Both the position numbers and the translations under genes were made by a program. Below the pieces are notes generated by a model, which saw only the letters and a list, made by a program, of their open reading frames with translations, did no database searches and was not told the DNA's origin. A stretch of DNA of 64,000 nt from Octopus sinensis (lineage: Eukaryota), in assembly GCF_006345805.1 (NCBI RefSeq), contig NW_021833012.1, forward strand, positions 1 to 64,000. Direction: 5' to 3'. Position 1 is the stretch's first letter. The number at the start of each line of letters is the position of its first letter. This document shows positions 24,501-39,300 of this stretch, piece after piece.

Positions 24501-27500
24501 AGCCATGGATTTGTGGTTAAAAAGATTCATTTCTAACCATGTTAATTCCCAATGTAAGGCAACTCAAGAAAATATCTTCTAATATGGCCCTGAGCTGACC
24601 AAAGTCTTGTCAACTGGTTTAGAAGTTAGAAACTGATACAAGGGCTCCTCATATATGTACTGTGTGTGTTTGTACTCTTGTCTTGACATCATGTGATGGC
24701 TGTAAACGAGCATCCCCAGCATACAGGTGAGGTTGTTTGTTTCCTGTCTTCTGTGGAAACCATGTCTGGCCAGGGGGAAATATTACCTTGCTTGGAAACA
24801 GGTGAGGGTCAGCATCAGGAAGAGCATCCAGCTATAGAAAGTCTGCCTCAATAAACTAATCTGACCCATGCAAGCAGGGAACAATGGATGTGAAAACAAG
24901 GATGATGATGTTTAATTTATTGCGGTTGATAAAATACTCTTGTCTCACTCTGTGAATCCTGTCTTGTATAACTAACGAAGGATAATTATAATTATTTATC
25001 TGATACATTGTAAACATGAGTATTGCTTGTAATTACTATGAAGTTATAGATTCCCCCCCCCCACCTCAAAAGAAAAGGGCTTTTTCAATAAGTGAATGAC
25101 TTCTCAGTTTCTCTGACTAAAAATTAAAATTTAGTGCAATTTTTTTAATGACTTCTTTCTTTTTTGATTTGTTGTTATCATCTGCAGCAGTGGTGGGGGT
25201 GGGGGTCTTTTAGCAGGGATGCAGTCAGCAAAGTGAAGGTGGGCAATGAGTATAGCGATTAATCTAAGGTACAGGTAGAGGTTCACTAAGGATTGGTCCT
25301 CAGTCCCCTTTTGTTTATCATAGTCCACTAGACAATAACAGGGCAATTTAAGATATGCTGCCCCTAGGAGCTCCTCTATGCTAATGAACTTGTTCTCATA
25401 GTTGAATCACTTCCAGAACTAAAAAAGAAATTTCAGGTGTGGAAGCAAGGTTTAGAATCAAAGGGCCTTAGAGTTAACCTGGCAAAGACCAAAGTTTTAG
25501 TAAGTAGGAAGGCAGACAAATTACAAACCCCTTTGGGTAGATGGCCCTGCTTGTTCTGTTGAAAATGCATTGGCAGAAGCTCCATGTGATGTATCTAGTG
25601 CAAGCGATGGATACATAAGAGGTACAGCAATATCAGAGGAAGGTTAACTGGGAAAATAGTTTTGTGTTTGGAAGGGGCACAGGTACAATAAATACTAAAA
25701 ATGTACAGAAAATAGATTCCATTAATTGCTAGTGGGGTAAGCTAGATAGCTTCTGTTATGTAGGTGACCAAGTCAGTAGCAAATTGGATGCTCTGAGAGT
25801 GTAGCTGTGAGAATAAGATTAGGTTAGGTGAAAGTTCAGAAAGCTCCTAACTCTGCTGGCAACAAAAGGCCTCTCCTTCAGAGTGAAAGGCAGATTGTAG
25901 GATGCCTGTGGGAAAACAGCCATGTTCCATGACAGGGAAATGTGGGCTGTGATCACAGAGGACATGTGAAAGATATGAAGCTAGAAGATAGAAATAATTA
26001 CAGAGGTAACAAATTGTTGGTTCAGGTGATGAAGGTTACAGAGAGAGTCATAACCCAACTAATTAGGGAGAAACTTAGTCTAGATGAGATGCAGTTTGGG
26101 TTTGTGCCAGGGAGAAGCACCACTGGTGCTATGTTTCTGGTAAGGTAACTGTAGGAGAAATGCCAAGCCAAATCTTGTCTTTTGTTGACTTTTGACAGCG
26201 TCCGCTCATCCCATATCTGGTGGTCACTGTGGAAACTAGGGATAGACGAGTGGTTGGTGAGATCTGTACAACCCTTGTACAGGAACGCTACCAGTAAGGT
26301 GAAGGTGGGCAACAGGTATAGTGAAGAATTTGGAGTACAAGTAGGGATTCAGCAAGGAATGGGTGCTCAACCCCCTTTTGTTCATCATAGTTCTCCAGGC
26401 AATAACAGAGGAATTCAAGACAAGCTGCCCTGGGAGCTCCTATACCCTGATGACCTTGTTCTTATAGCTGAATCACTACCTGAGCTAGAGAAGAAGTTCA
26501 AGGTATGGAAACAAGATCTAGAATCAAAAGGCCTTAGAGTTAACCTAGCAAAAACCAAAGTCATTGTAAGTAGGAAGGCAGACAGATCACAAATCCTCTC
26601 AGGCAGATGGCCCTGCTCAGTCTGTAGAAAAGGTGTAGGTAGAAACTCCATAAGCTGCACCCATTGTAATCTTTGGACACAAAGGAAGGTTAACAGAGAA
26701 ATTAACTTTTGGTATGTGGAAGGTGCACAGGTACAATAAACACTGAAAATGCACAGAAAATAGACTCTATCAACTGCAGGTTAGAGGTAGTAGATAGATT
26801 CGGTTACCTAGGTGACCAAGTTAGTAGTGGAGGTGGATGTTCTGAGAGTATAGCTGTGAGAATAAGATTAGGCTGGGCAAAGTTCAGAGAGCCCCTGCTT
26901 CTGTTGGTAACAAAGGACTTCTCCCTCAGAGTGAAAGCCAGATTGTATGAAGCCTGTGAGTGAACAGCTATGCTACATGGCAGTGAAACATGGGCTATGA
27001 CAGCCAAGGACATGTGTAGGCTTGAGAAAAATGAAGCCAGTATGCTTCACTGGATGTGCAATGTCAGTATGCATGTTCGACAGAGTGTAAGCATCTTGAG
27101 AGAAAAGTTAGGCATAAGAGGAATCAGATGAGGTGTGCTGGTATGGTCATGTGATGCATATGGACAGGTGTGTAAAGAGGTGCCAATCTCTAACTGTGGA
27201 GGGAACTTATGATAGAAGTAGACCCAGGAAGACATGGGACAAGGTGGTGAAGCACGATCTTCAAACTTTGAGCCTCACAGAGGCAATGATTGGTGACCGA
27301 GACCTTTAGTGATGTGCTGTGCTTGAGAGGACCCCTTCAAGCTATGTGCACCCATGCCAGTGGAACATAAAGAACGTCTTTTGAACTTTGGGCCTCACAG
27401 AGGCAAATTAGCTGAGTTCCTTTCAAACATTGAGCTTCACAGAAACAAAGTGGCTGAGTTCCTTTCAAGTGTTGGGCCCACAGAGGCAATGACTGAGACC

Positions 27501-29042
27501 TTTGGCATTATGTTGTGTTTGAGAATATGACCCATCATGCCGAGCAAAATTGCAGTCGTGGAAGATACTGGTGTTGCACAAAATGACACCCATGCCGGTG
27601 GCATGTAGAAGCACCCATTACACTCTCAGTGTGATTGACATTTGGAAAGACATCAGCTGTAAGAACCATGCCAAATCTGACTGGAACCTGGTACAGCTTT
27701 CCAGCCTATCAGCTTCAGTCAAACCATCCAACCCATGTCAGCATGGAAAGTGGATGTTAAATGACGATGATTATGATGATGATTTACATTTTAAACAAAT
27801 CAAAATAGATGAACATCAATGGAATTTGTATCTTTGTGGTACCAGTGCTGGTGGCACACAAGAAAACCATCCGAACGTGGCTGTAGCCAGTACCGTATCG
27901 ACTGGCCTCTGTGCTGTGGGCACGTAAAAAACACCATCCGATTGTGGCCGTTCGCCAGCCTCATCTGGCACCTGTGTCAGTGGCACATAAAAACACCATC
28001 CGAAGACCCGGCAAGACTAGTCAGGCCATAACCCGTGGCCCCTACCTGGGACGTAGTCAGTCTAGCTGTGCATACCTTCCTTCTTGTGACACTTGTGAAG
28101 ACCTGTTGAGGCAAGTGAAAATCAAATCAAAAAATCAAAACAAATCAAAATAGATGAACATCAATGGAATTTGTATCTTTGTGGTACTAGTGCCGGTGGC
28201 ACACAAGAAAACCATCCGAACGTGGCCGTAGCCAGTACCGCATCGACTGGCCTCCATGCTGTGGGCACGTAACAAACACCATCCGATCGTGGCCGTTCAC
28301 CAGCCTAATCTGGCACCTGTGTCGGTGGCACATAAAAACACCACCCGAGCGTGGCCGTTCGCCAGCCTCGTCTGGCACCTGTGTCGGTGGCACATAAAAA
28401 CACCACCCGAGCGTGGCCGTTCGCCAGCCTCATCTGGCACCTGTGTCGGTGGCACATAAAATCACCCACTACACTCTCGGAGTGGTTGGCGTTAGGAAGG
28501 GCATCCAGCTGTAGAAACACTGCCAGATCTGACTGGCCTGGTGCAGCCTTCGGGCTCCCCAGACCCCAGTTGAACCGTCCAACTCATGCTAGCATGGAAA
28601 GCGGACGTTAAATGATGATGATGATGATTCTTTAAGAGAGAAATTTCTTGAAATAAGTGTTTTATCTTCTTACGTCCAATAATGTTGAACCAAGAGTTAT
28701 AGCGTTGTCTGACTCTGAAGTATTTACGAGAGGCCATTTAGCTCTGGAAGCCTTCTTCAACTGAATAACCAAGTTTCTTTCCTTGAACAGCTTAACCTGT
28801 TAGAAATTACTTATCACATGACCATCAGCCTGAGTCATGTGATGTGGTAAGCAGGTAAATTGTGTGAAGCAGACAACACTGCCATATGAGTGAGATATAC
28901 ATCATCATCGTTTAACGTCCGTTTTCCGTGCTAGCACGGGTTGGACAGTTCGACCGGGGTCTGGGAAGCCAGGGGCTGCACCAGGCTCCAGTCTGATCTG
29001 GTGAAAGAAAAATTACAAGAAAGGTTTTAAAATGTACCATAT

Positions 29043-29073
<31 letters not shown>

Positions 29074-32000
29074 CATATATATATGTATATATATGTGTGT
29101 GTATATATATATATATATCCTTGATTAAAGTTTAAAGATTATATGTTTATTTTGGACTTCTGGTCACACATATGCAATAATATACAGCAACTGGTCTGAG
29201 TATTACCTGTACCATACCCATACATGTATGTCCCAACAGATTTCTTTCCCTATAGTTTCAAGAAAAACATAATTTTTTAATGAAATTTTCTATAAATAAG
29301 CTTCAGATGGTATAAATTCCAATTCTATTGGAACATGTTGTAAAAAACAACAAAAAAACCCCACTCAAAAACAAATATCTGATGTGTATCAATATTTATG
29401 TATGCTATCCCAGCAATTTATATTTTTGCATCAAATTCCATTATTATCCTAATATACACACCTTGAAAGATATTTGTGGAAATTTTCCTTTAAAAATAGC
29501 CATTTTCCCAAAAGTTATGAGGAAACGAATTTGAGTTTATGTGAATTTTCTGAAAAACCTCTCTCCACTCCCTCAAAAACATTTTTTCACACCAAATTCC
29601 CAACTTAGTGGAATCTACACCATCTGAAGCCTGTTTTAATAAATGTTTTAAGCAAAAACGTTTCATAAGAGGTGGAAGATCACATTTTACTAACCAGTTT
29701 CACTGTTTTCAGACTTTGAAAGTTTCAAGTATGTTCTTCAATGTATTTTTAGTCCATTTGGTAGAAGAAATAGATGGAAATAACGTTATATAGCCTTGTT
29801 GCTATATAAAAGGTGTGTGTGTGTGGGGGGGGGGGGGGAGAATGACTACAAGTTAGCATGTATTCTCTTGCTAAATCATATTTTCAGAAAGGAATACCAT
29901 TACTATTTATATGGAATAAAGTAGTTCTTTTAAGAGAGAGAGAAGAATGTTCAATTGTTTATTTTCAGGAACCACATCATTCAACGCATCCCTTCTTGGT
30001 CCACAACAGAAAGCAGCCCCTATGACACCCAGAACTAATGTGGCATCCGGAGAAAATGCTGGCATCAAAATACAACTAATGATTGGTTCAATTTCTAATG
30101 CATCTGTGAGTAAATAGATTCACTTAACATATTTATATTTAATTGTTATTTCATTTGCAAATGAGGAATCATTTCCAGTTAATTAAAACATTTTCTCAAT
30201 CAAACTCAAACATTTTATTTCCTTCACATCTGATATCTTGAGTATATCTTTTGCTAACTTTAACAACCGCAGACTTACTACAGCCATTCTGTAGAGCCTT
30301 ACTTAACAACAATATCAACTGCAACAATGTATCTCTCTTCTCCACGGAATGTTCCTTAGCTGTTTACCATTAATTACTTTTGTAGGTTGATGTCATCGTT
30401 AACAGCACCAATAAAAACCTCCTGCTTAATAATGGTTCTATCTCCAATTTATTCTCAATGCTGCTGGTCCCCAGATACAAAGCGAATGTAGCCAGAAATA
30501 TCCTCAAGGTATTTCTACTTCTGAAGTAGCCATAACTAAAGGATATAACCTCAAATGTAAGAATGTTTTTCATCTGGCATTACCGCCCTGGGGTGTAAAC
30601 TCCTCACATTCAGTAAGTATTATTCATATGTATTTGATTTATTGAAACAGTTAATGTTTGAAGAGAACCTTATGCATGTTGTGTGAGAATCATAAAGCAA
30701 ATGTCAGCATCCTGTTTAATATTTGTTCTTCCAAGTTATCATTGGAAGGAAGCAGAAGATATCGATGAACAGGACACTTTTATATATAAATAGAAGGAAA
30801 AAAGCCTCATGGCCTAACAACAGTTATGTGACTGATAAATAAGACTATATTCAAACATATTTCTGTGTTTTACTGTCTGTATTGGTGAGTTTTTCTCTGT
30901 CATGGCACGAGCACTAGAGAGGTAGTCATGTCCTCAACAACACCAAAGACTCCTCTTGGGTCTGCATTGTCTCTCTTCATTCACCTATCATTTTACACGG
31001 TGGATTGGGTCTGTTTTATTGTAGCAGCATCATGAGTGAGGTTGCCTTGTCCCTTGCAGGACTAAAGAGTGATAGGAATGACAGTTGTGTTTAGCAGTGG
31101 CAGGAGTGAGAGGAGTTGTGAGAGGAGGATATATTTATTACAACTTAATGGTTTCTTCCTGTAATAAGAAAATAATTTAATAAAATGTTCATTATCAATT
31201 ACTAAACAATTATTTTTTTTAGACTCTGGCAAACTTGACTCAAATAATAACCATTTGTCTGGGGAAAGCTGAGAGAAGAGGAGCAAAAAGCCTTGCATTT
31301 CCTATATTAGGGGCTGGAAAATTGAGGTACCCCATTGAAAACCTACCCAGAACTATGTATGAAGCAGTGAAAAACTACTCAAAGCAAAATTCAAGCCAGA
31401 TCAAAGTTGTAAACTTTGTGGTTTATCCTCAAGACACAGAAATAGTAAAGGTTGGTTGATGTATTTGTTGTTTGTTGTTTTATGTTGATATTCTTGGAAT
31501 TCACCAAAACAAAGAAAATATTCTGCAATAAACAAAGGAAATCGAAATGAAAATAAAACTTAGAATCATGCTCGTTATTTATCACCTGTTTTCCATGCTG
31601 GCATGGGTTGGACAGTTTGACAGGAACTGGCTAGGCAAAGAGCCAAACCTGGTTCCATTCTTTGTTTTGGTATGGATTCTGCAGTTGAGATACCCTTCCT
31701 AACATCAACCAATTTACAGAGTGTACTGGGTGCTTTTTACGTGGCACCAGCACCGACAGAATTACCAATTATCTTGCAAGACAAGAACCCCTCAACTGGA
31801 CGGGAGTGGGGGGAATGGTACTGGTCGGCTGTGGCTTTGCGCCAGTTGAAAGACTTAGGGTATACTGGGGACAGAGAGAGGTATCTTGCTGTAGAGTAGT
31901 TACATGAATGCCCCAGTTGGAAGGAAAAGGAAAGAAGGGGTCAGATAGTAAGATAAAAAGAGTGATAGTGAGAGATATGATGGTGGAGATGTGATGGGAC

Positions 32001-33352
32001 ATGCCCTCGAGGGAGATGGGGTGGTGAGGATAGGTAAGGGGATATAGAGGCTTCAGCTGGGTGAGGGGGGCAGGATGAGATGATTGTAACAAATGATGCA
32101 GTGAAATATAGAAATGGCTTGTGGGGTTGCAGTAGATATATGTGGGTATTGAGGGCAATAGTAGATAAGCAAGGAGTTGATGATGGAGAGCAGCAGAGGG
32201 AGAAGAGAGAAGGTGCAGAAAGGAGGTGGGGTTAGTATGTGCCTATTCTGCTCTCAGGTAATAGAGGAAATGGTGGATGTTAGGAAATGAAATGTGTGTG
32301 TATGGAATGGGAGAGAAGGTTGACATGGCAGCGCCCCTCATGGACAAACATTATCGTTATTTGGATATCAATTCTGTTCTGGTGGGCATGTCTTCTTAAG
32401 TACAGCCATGTACCATATATCTCATCCCTTTGTCATCTCCTTCATAAGGCTCACTGTTTTGAGATTGGCCTTCAATTCTTCATCCCATGTCTTCCTGGGG
32501 TCTCCCCCTTCCATAGCTTCCAACAACATCAAATTCCAACTTGATATTTTTCGAATTAACCCAAAACATATTCTGTAATTAATGAAGGAAATGATTATGA
32601 AGATAAAATATGGAATCAGTTTTGTAAATTTATTTATTGGTGTCTTAGAATTCTTCAGTTGGAATGTTGGAATCTTTGATGTGTCTCATGGCCCTGTCTT
32701 CCATACTTATAGGTTAGCTTGGTTTTCTTCAACTCTTCCATTCCATGATTTAATTCTTTGTAACTTGATATGGATTCAGTGTAGCTATGCTGTGCCTTAA
32801 CTTGCTAGTAATGGCAACCAAGTGTCCCTTGCTCTCATTTAAATTGGATGAGTTTTAAGGGTGTTCAACAGGATACTTTCTGCTATTTGTTTCAGCCCTT
32901 GGCATTCTGAGTTCAAATCCTACTAATGCTGTATTAACCTTTTATCGCTTCACAATTGATAAAAATCTCCCAATCTTGATGGCTGGATTGGTGGAACTGG
33001 AAGAATGACATTTCTTCTGTGGTATTTGTTTCAGTACTTGGCATTCTGAGTTCAAATCCTGCCATGGCGTTGCCGGAGTGTTAACTTAAACCATCCTTTG
33101 GTTTCACACCAACCCTCGGCACCTTGGCTATGTTTACTGGAATTCCCTTTGTCACAAGCATTTCAGCGACGTGTCTGGTTTGAGGAAATTTAAGATTTCA
33201 GCAAAGAAGGAAGGGGAAATGTTTTAACTTAGTCTGAATCTAACAAAAGACTTGCTTGCTGTTTGAATTGGTCAGTGACTGAGTGAATTCAGCTGAAGAT
33301 TTTTATGATGTCAACAAGTAATGTTCACAAGTATTGAAGAGAGTGATAGAGG

Positions 33353-33394
<42 letters not shown>

Positions 33395-36300
33395 AGGAAA
33401 TACATGTGCTTTTAACAATAAGTTCAGCATGGGTATCAGTCTGGGTGTTTTAAAGAACTGATTTCCTTATGACTTTATTATTATTGAGTGAGAGAGCAGC
33501 GCAAGCCATCAAAGTGACACTGGAATAAAATATACGAAGCCCAATATACCCATCATGACAACCCGTCTGATAAGGGTACACCAGGCACATGCATCACAAC
33601 CATATGTGCATGGCATGGTGATCTCATATCAAGATAAACAGCGCATGACCTTGCAGGTCAAGTAGCCCATCCTGCTCAAAAGGTCCCTGAATAACGATTG
33701 TTTAAGGATATTGAATGAAATACCCATGTTTCCAGAGGTGAATTATCCAAACCCCAAATAATTCCTCTCAACACATGGCTATGATGCTCCCTCACTACTT
33801 CTGCTCAAACAACTGTGGTACTGAATTGTGGTATTGAGCAGAATATTTGCTGCAGCCCATCTTTCATACCAAGACAAAACAATGTACATGATAATACTTC
33901 CAATCAGTTAAGGACAGAAGCTATGACTGTCACTGCCTGGTCCTGCATCAGGGCATTTATTATTATCATTATTATTATTATTATTATTATGAAAGCTTCT
34001 CAGATGGTTCTTAATTACCAGTTATTCTTTACTTGAAAACAGTCAACAACAAATCACCAAAGGTTTTCCAAGTAGTGCCTTCTCCTATGACTCAAAGAAA
34101 CAATACTCTCCTTAAAATGCAAGCTGTACCCAACAATGCTGACTTCTGAATTACCTCGAGCCTGACAGCAGCTCCAATATTCTTAATATGTTTTACAAAG
34201 CCCTTGGAAACTGCTCCTAATGCTCCAGTTACCACTGGTGTCACCATTATTTTCCCCATGTCCCATAACTTTTCTATCTCGTCCCAGACTGATACCATGC
34301 TGAACTTATTGTTAAAAGCACATGTATTTTCTCTCTCTCTCTCTCTCTCTGACCCTCTGCCTTTTTACCCTTGCTCTCTCTCTTCTGTTTCCTTATCTTT
34401 CACCCTCAAATTGCCTGGTATTGCAACATCTACTATCTTTGCTTCTTTTTCATCTTTATGGATGATCATGATATCTGGTTGTCTCGCCTCTATGACTTGG
34501 TTGCACTGTATGTTAAAATCCCAGAGTATTTTGTAATGATCATTTTCCATTTCTCCCTGTGGCTTGTGTTCATACCTATTTCCTTTACTACCCACAAGGG
34601 GCCAAACACAAGGACAGACAAACGAATTAAGTCGATTACACTGACCCCAGTGCGTAACTGGTACTTATTTAATCGACCCCGAAAGGATGAAAGGCAAAGT
34701 CGACCTCAGCGGAATATGAACTCAGAACATAGTGGCAGGCGAAATACCGCTAAGCATTTCGTCTGGCATGCTAACGTTTCTGCCAGATTGCCACCTTAAT
34801 ACCATTGTTCTACTCTTTCAAGGTTTGCTTTACTACAGCCAGTAGACGTATCTGGCTACATTGTCATATCTCCTTTTATATTCATGTTGTGCAAGCTTAC
34901 AGCACTCACCAACAATATGGCATATACTTTCTCTCTTCTCAGAGCACATCCTACACTGTGGCAAGTCAGTGCTTTTATCAATGTGATATTTAGAGGAGTT
35001 TGTTCTGAGAGCTTGTTCTTGAGCGTTGCACACTAATGCCTCCAGTAGGCCCTTTTAAGTCTCCTTTCTGCAGCCATTGCCAGGTTCTATTCCAATTAAT
35101 CTCATCTTTATTCTTCAAGAACTGACTGTGCATGTTCTTGTCCTAATAAATTTCCTTCATCTGATTTCTCTAGCCTTCCTTAAATCGTGTTGGATCTACA
35201 GCTGCGTTCACTTTTAAGGTTCCCTGCATTTTCACTGCTTCAATCCTTTCTTCTTTATTCCCCTTGACATACCAAGCCAGGCTATTCTCCTCTTCCTTGA
35301 CACACCATTCACAACATACCAATCCCTGTCGTCCTTCCCTCCTCCTTTACATACAACCTTGACACATCACTCTTGTGGTTCCAATTTCTTGTTCATTGTC
35401 ATTAATTTACATGTTCTCCGGTCTATCTCTTGTAATTCATGCTTCTATCAAGATACTATTCCTGCCCCATATCTCATCAAAGCAACAGCCCATGTGTTAA
35501 TTGCTCTAATCTTATTGCAGCCATTTAGCTTCAATTGGAGCACAAGCCAAATTTCCTTCAAATACTCTTTCCTTAACTTTTCTTTGATCTCGTGTTTATT
35601 CATCTTATCTCTTTCAATGATACCCAGGTACCTATATCCTTCCTCTCTGAATTCCCTTATAGTTTCATCACTTTCCAGCTTGATCCCATGGCTTTTACTG
35701 ATTTCTCCCCCTTTTGAGAATCATTACACCACATTTCTTGATCTCAACTTCCATGCCAATATCTTTGCTAATCATCTGCACAGTTGCCATCAAGCTCTCA
35801 ATTTCTTTCTCAGTCTTAGTGAATAGCTTTAGGTTACTAACCCCAAGATTCCGAGTTTGATTCCAAGCAGTGACCTGAACAACAACAACAACCTTAGGTA
35901 TGAGAACCCAGGTTCAAAATTTCCTCAAAATGCCTGATGAAAAGCTGGAGGGTATATCAGTCGAAACGTTGTTTTAACAACAAACAAGATGAGGACAAAA
36001 ATCCATCAAATATAAATAATGTAAATAATGTACTTAATTCCTCATCTCTTAAATATAGAACTGTAATACCAGAACTTTGTTTCCTGTAGTATTTCTCTCA
36101 AGGGGATCATTCCCAGCATGAATATCAGTGGGAACACGCTGTCCCCTCTGGAAGATTCCTCTCTTGATTTTCACCTCTCCTAATACTTGATTCACCAGCT
36201 GTCAACTGCATTCTCCAACATTTCATGCTGTTCCATATAAGGTTGGTGGTGGTGGTCTGCTGCTGCTGCTTTTGTTTGTTTGTTTATTGAGTGAAGCAGT

Positions 36301-39300
36301 CTTCGTCCCAGAGCTCGCAAGATCGCGCCTCTATAGTAGGAGAAGGCGGAAACGTGGTCCTTTGCTATTTGTAAGACCCGCAGAAGAGAAAGCAGGTCAA
36401 CCCCCAATACCGAGAGCTTCAACGGATGGATGAATGCGCATCCAGGCTCAGTGGTTGCGTAGCAAGTCGGGGACAAGAAACAGGAAGAAAGAATGAGAGA
36501 AAGTTGGGGGTGAAAGAGTACAACAGGGGTCGCCACCACCCCCTGCCGGAGCCTCGTGGAACTTTAGGTGTTTTCACTCAATAAACACACACAACGCCCG
36601 GCCTAGGAATCAAAACCGCGATCCTCCGACCACGAGTCCACTACCCTAACCACTGGGCCATTGCACCTCCACTTGCTGCTGCTGCAGCATTGACATAATT
36701 GGTGTATATTCAAGGAAGAAGAATTGAGTAAAATAATGTAAACCAATATTGAAATAGAAGAAACATCTGAGACATGAAAATGCATATTAGTTTTTGAACA
36801 GCGTCTTTCACAGAAGGACATTTCCATCTTGTGATGTCTTTACAGAGGGACTTTAGTTCATGAAACTGGTGAAGAATATAATAAAACTAGCACTATGACC
36901 CGGCGTTGCCGGGTTATAATGCTAGTGCATGCGTGCGCGCATACACACGAGTACTGTCCAAATCTCTGACCAATCACATACAGCTAGCTGGCATTCAATT
37001 TGCGTATCAAGTTTCGGGCATTTTGATTGGGTTTTGGATAGAAAATTCACAAAAAAGTCACTTCTATTGATGTTTTAATGGCTTTGCGGGGTGACTGGGG
37101 AAATGTAAAGATGTGCACGACCACCCTTGGATGGTTTTGAATGACCATAGAAAGTGCGAGCCCTCTAACTGAAAAATTATGAATTTGTATAAAGGACACA
37201 CACACAGACAGACATTTTGCCGTTTATATATAGAGAGATGACTGAGAGAGAAATAATCATTCAACTAGTTTTCTGAAATGATTGAATGAAGGAAACCAAG
37301 GTAGACTGTGAGTTGTCTAGGTTGATTGTGTATAGGGACGAGCTAGAGGTATAAACAGTGACAGACAAACAGAGAGAGAAGGGGAGAGAGAGAGAAATCT
37401 TTTTGGAAGAAGGAATGTAAATCTTTATTCTTTCTATTTCTCTCTCTCTCTCTCTCTCTTTATCTTTCTCTATATAACACACACATACATGTACACACAG
37501 ATGCATTCTTATGTACGTATTATCATGATGATGATGATGATGGTGATGATTATGATGATCTCAGAAACAGATTTAAGAAAACACAACAAAAGTAGTAAAA
37601 CAGATCTGTAGTATCATCATCTTCACCCTCCCCCTCACCACCACAACCACCACCACCACCGCTGCCACCATAATAATAATTATCATGATCATCATAACAT
37701 CCACTTTTCTGTGCTTGAATGGGTTGGATGGAATTTGTTGAGGTGGATTTTCTATGGCTTGGTGCCTCTCCTGTCACCAACCCTCACCACCTTCCAAGGG
37801 AAGTAACTGTTTCCCCATTTTACAGAATATCACAAAATATTAGAAACAAAGGACACCACTTGCATAACAGGGACACTCGCTTACAACTATCACACAATGT
37901 CAAGGCAAGGAGAAATGCACTCACACACACACACACGTATGACAGGCTTCTTTCAGTTTCTGCTTACCAGACCTATTCACTAGGCTTTGTTTGGCCTAAG
38001 GCTGTAGCTGAAGAGACTTGTCCAAGGTGCCATTCATTGAGACTGAACCTTAATTAAGTCAATTAAAAACAATAGCAACAAATGCAGTATTAATATAAAA
38101 AGGTAAATTTTACATCCAACTAAATGTGGATGTTATGTTAGAACACCAAATACTGTGTTACTTACCTTGAGAAGAACTCTCATATTGACGCATGCTGCAT
38201 AAAAGCACTCATATTTATACTGCTAGCAGATGACAATCATCTATCTACTGGCACCAAAACTACCACATCACCTATTTTCGCTCTGCCTGGATCCATCAGT
38301 GACAGACATCCAAAAGCAACATAATAGCCGAATCTCACTGTCAGTCATATGTACACTTTTATGTCTTTTTGGACATTCATGTTGCAAATAGCCAGAAAGC
38401 TCATTAAAGGTAATTAATAGCCGGAAGGCTTATTAGAAATAATGAATAGCCACAAGGTTTATTAAACATAATTAATAGTTAGAAGGTTTATTATAGATAA
38501 TTAATAGTTAGAAGGTTTATTAGAAAAAATTAATAACCAGGAGGTTTATTAAAGATAATTATTAACCAGAAGGTTTATTAAAGATAATTATTAACCAGAA
38601 GGTTTATTAAAGATAATTATTAACCAGAAGGTTTATTAAAGGTAATTAAGAGCCACAAAGCTGATTTTTATTTTGATGTTGATGTACTTGACTCAGTAGG
38701 TCTCCTCAAGCACAGCATATCACCTTACGATCCAAGGTACTTTTAAGTGGGCTGGTTATGCGAAACTGGTGTGGGTTACAGCTGTGAACTCACTTTAATT
38801 GCCGGGTCTTCTCAGTCACAGCATATCTCCAGAGGTCTCGGTCTTTCGCCATTGCCTCTGTGAGGCCCAATGTTCAAAGGTCATGCTTCACCACCTCATC
38901 CCATGGCTTCCTGGGTCTCCCTCTACCCAAGATTTCTTCCACTGTTTGAGAGTGGCACTCCTTCACACAGCTCTCCTCATCCATCCGTAGTACATGACCT
39001 TACCAATGCAAACGTCTTTCTTGCTTGCCACATCCAATGCTTCTTATGCCCAACATTTCTCTCGGGGTGCTTACACTCTGTCGTGTGTGCACACTGACAT
39101 TACACATCCAGCAGATCATGCTAGCTTCATTTCTTTCAAGCCTACACATGTCCTCTGCAGTCACGGCCTATGTTTTACTGCCGTGAAGCATGGCAGTTTG
39201 CTCACATGCATCCTACAATCTATCTTTTACTCTGAGCAAGAGGCCCTTTCTCACCTATAGGAGTAGAAGCTTTCTGAACTTTGCCCAGGCAATTCTTATT

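Noticed and set aside
36600-36672. tRNA genes here and at 53390-53460
   Set aside because: A and B boxes are present, but no complete cloverleaf could be formed and both run into repeat bodies; they are SINE heads.
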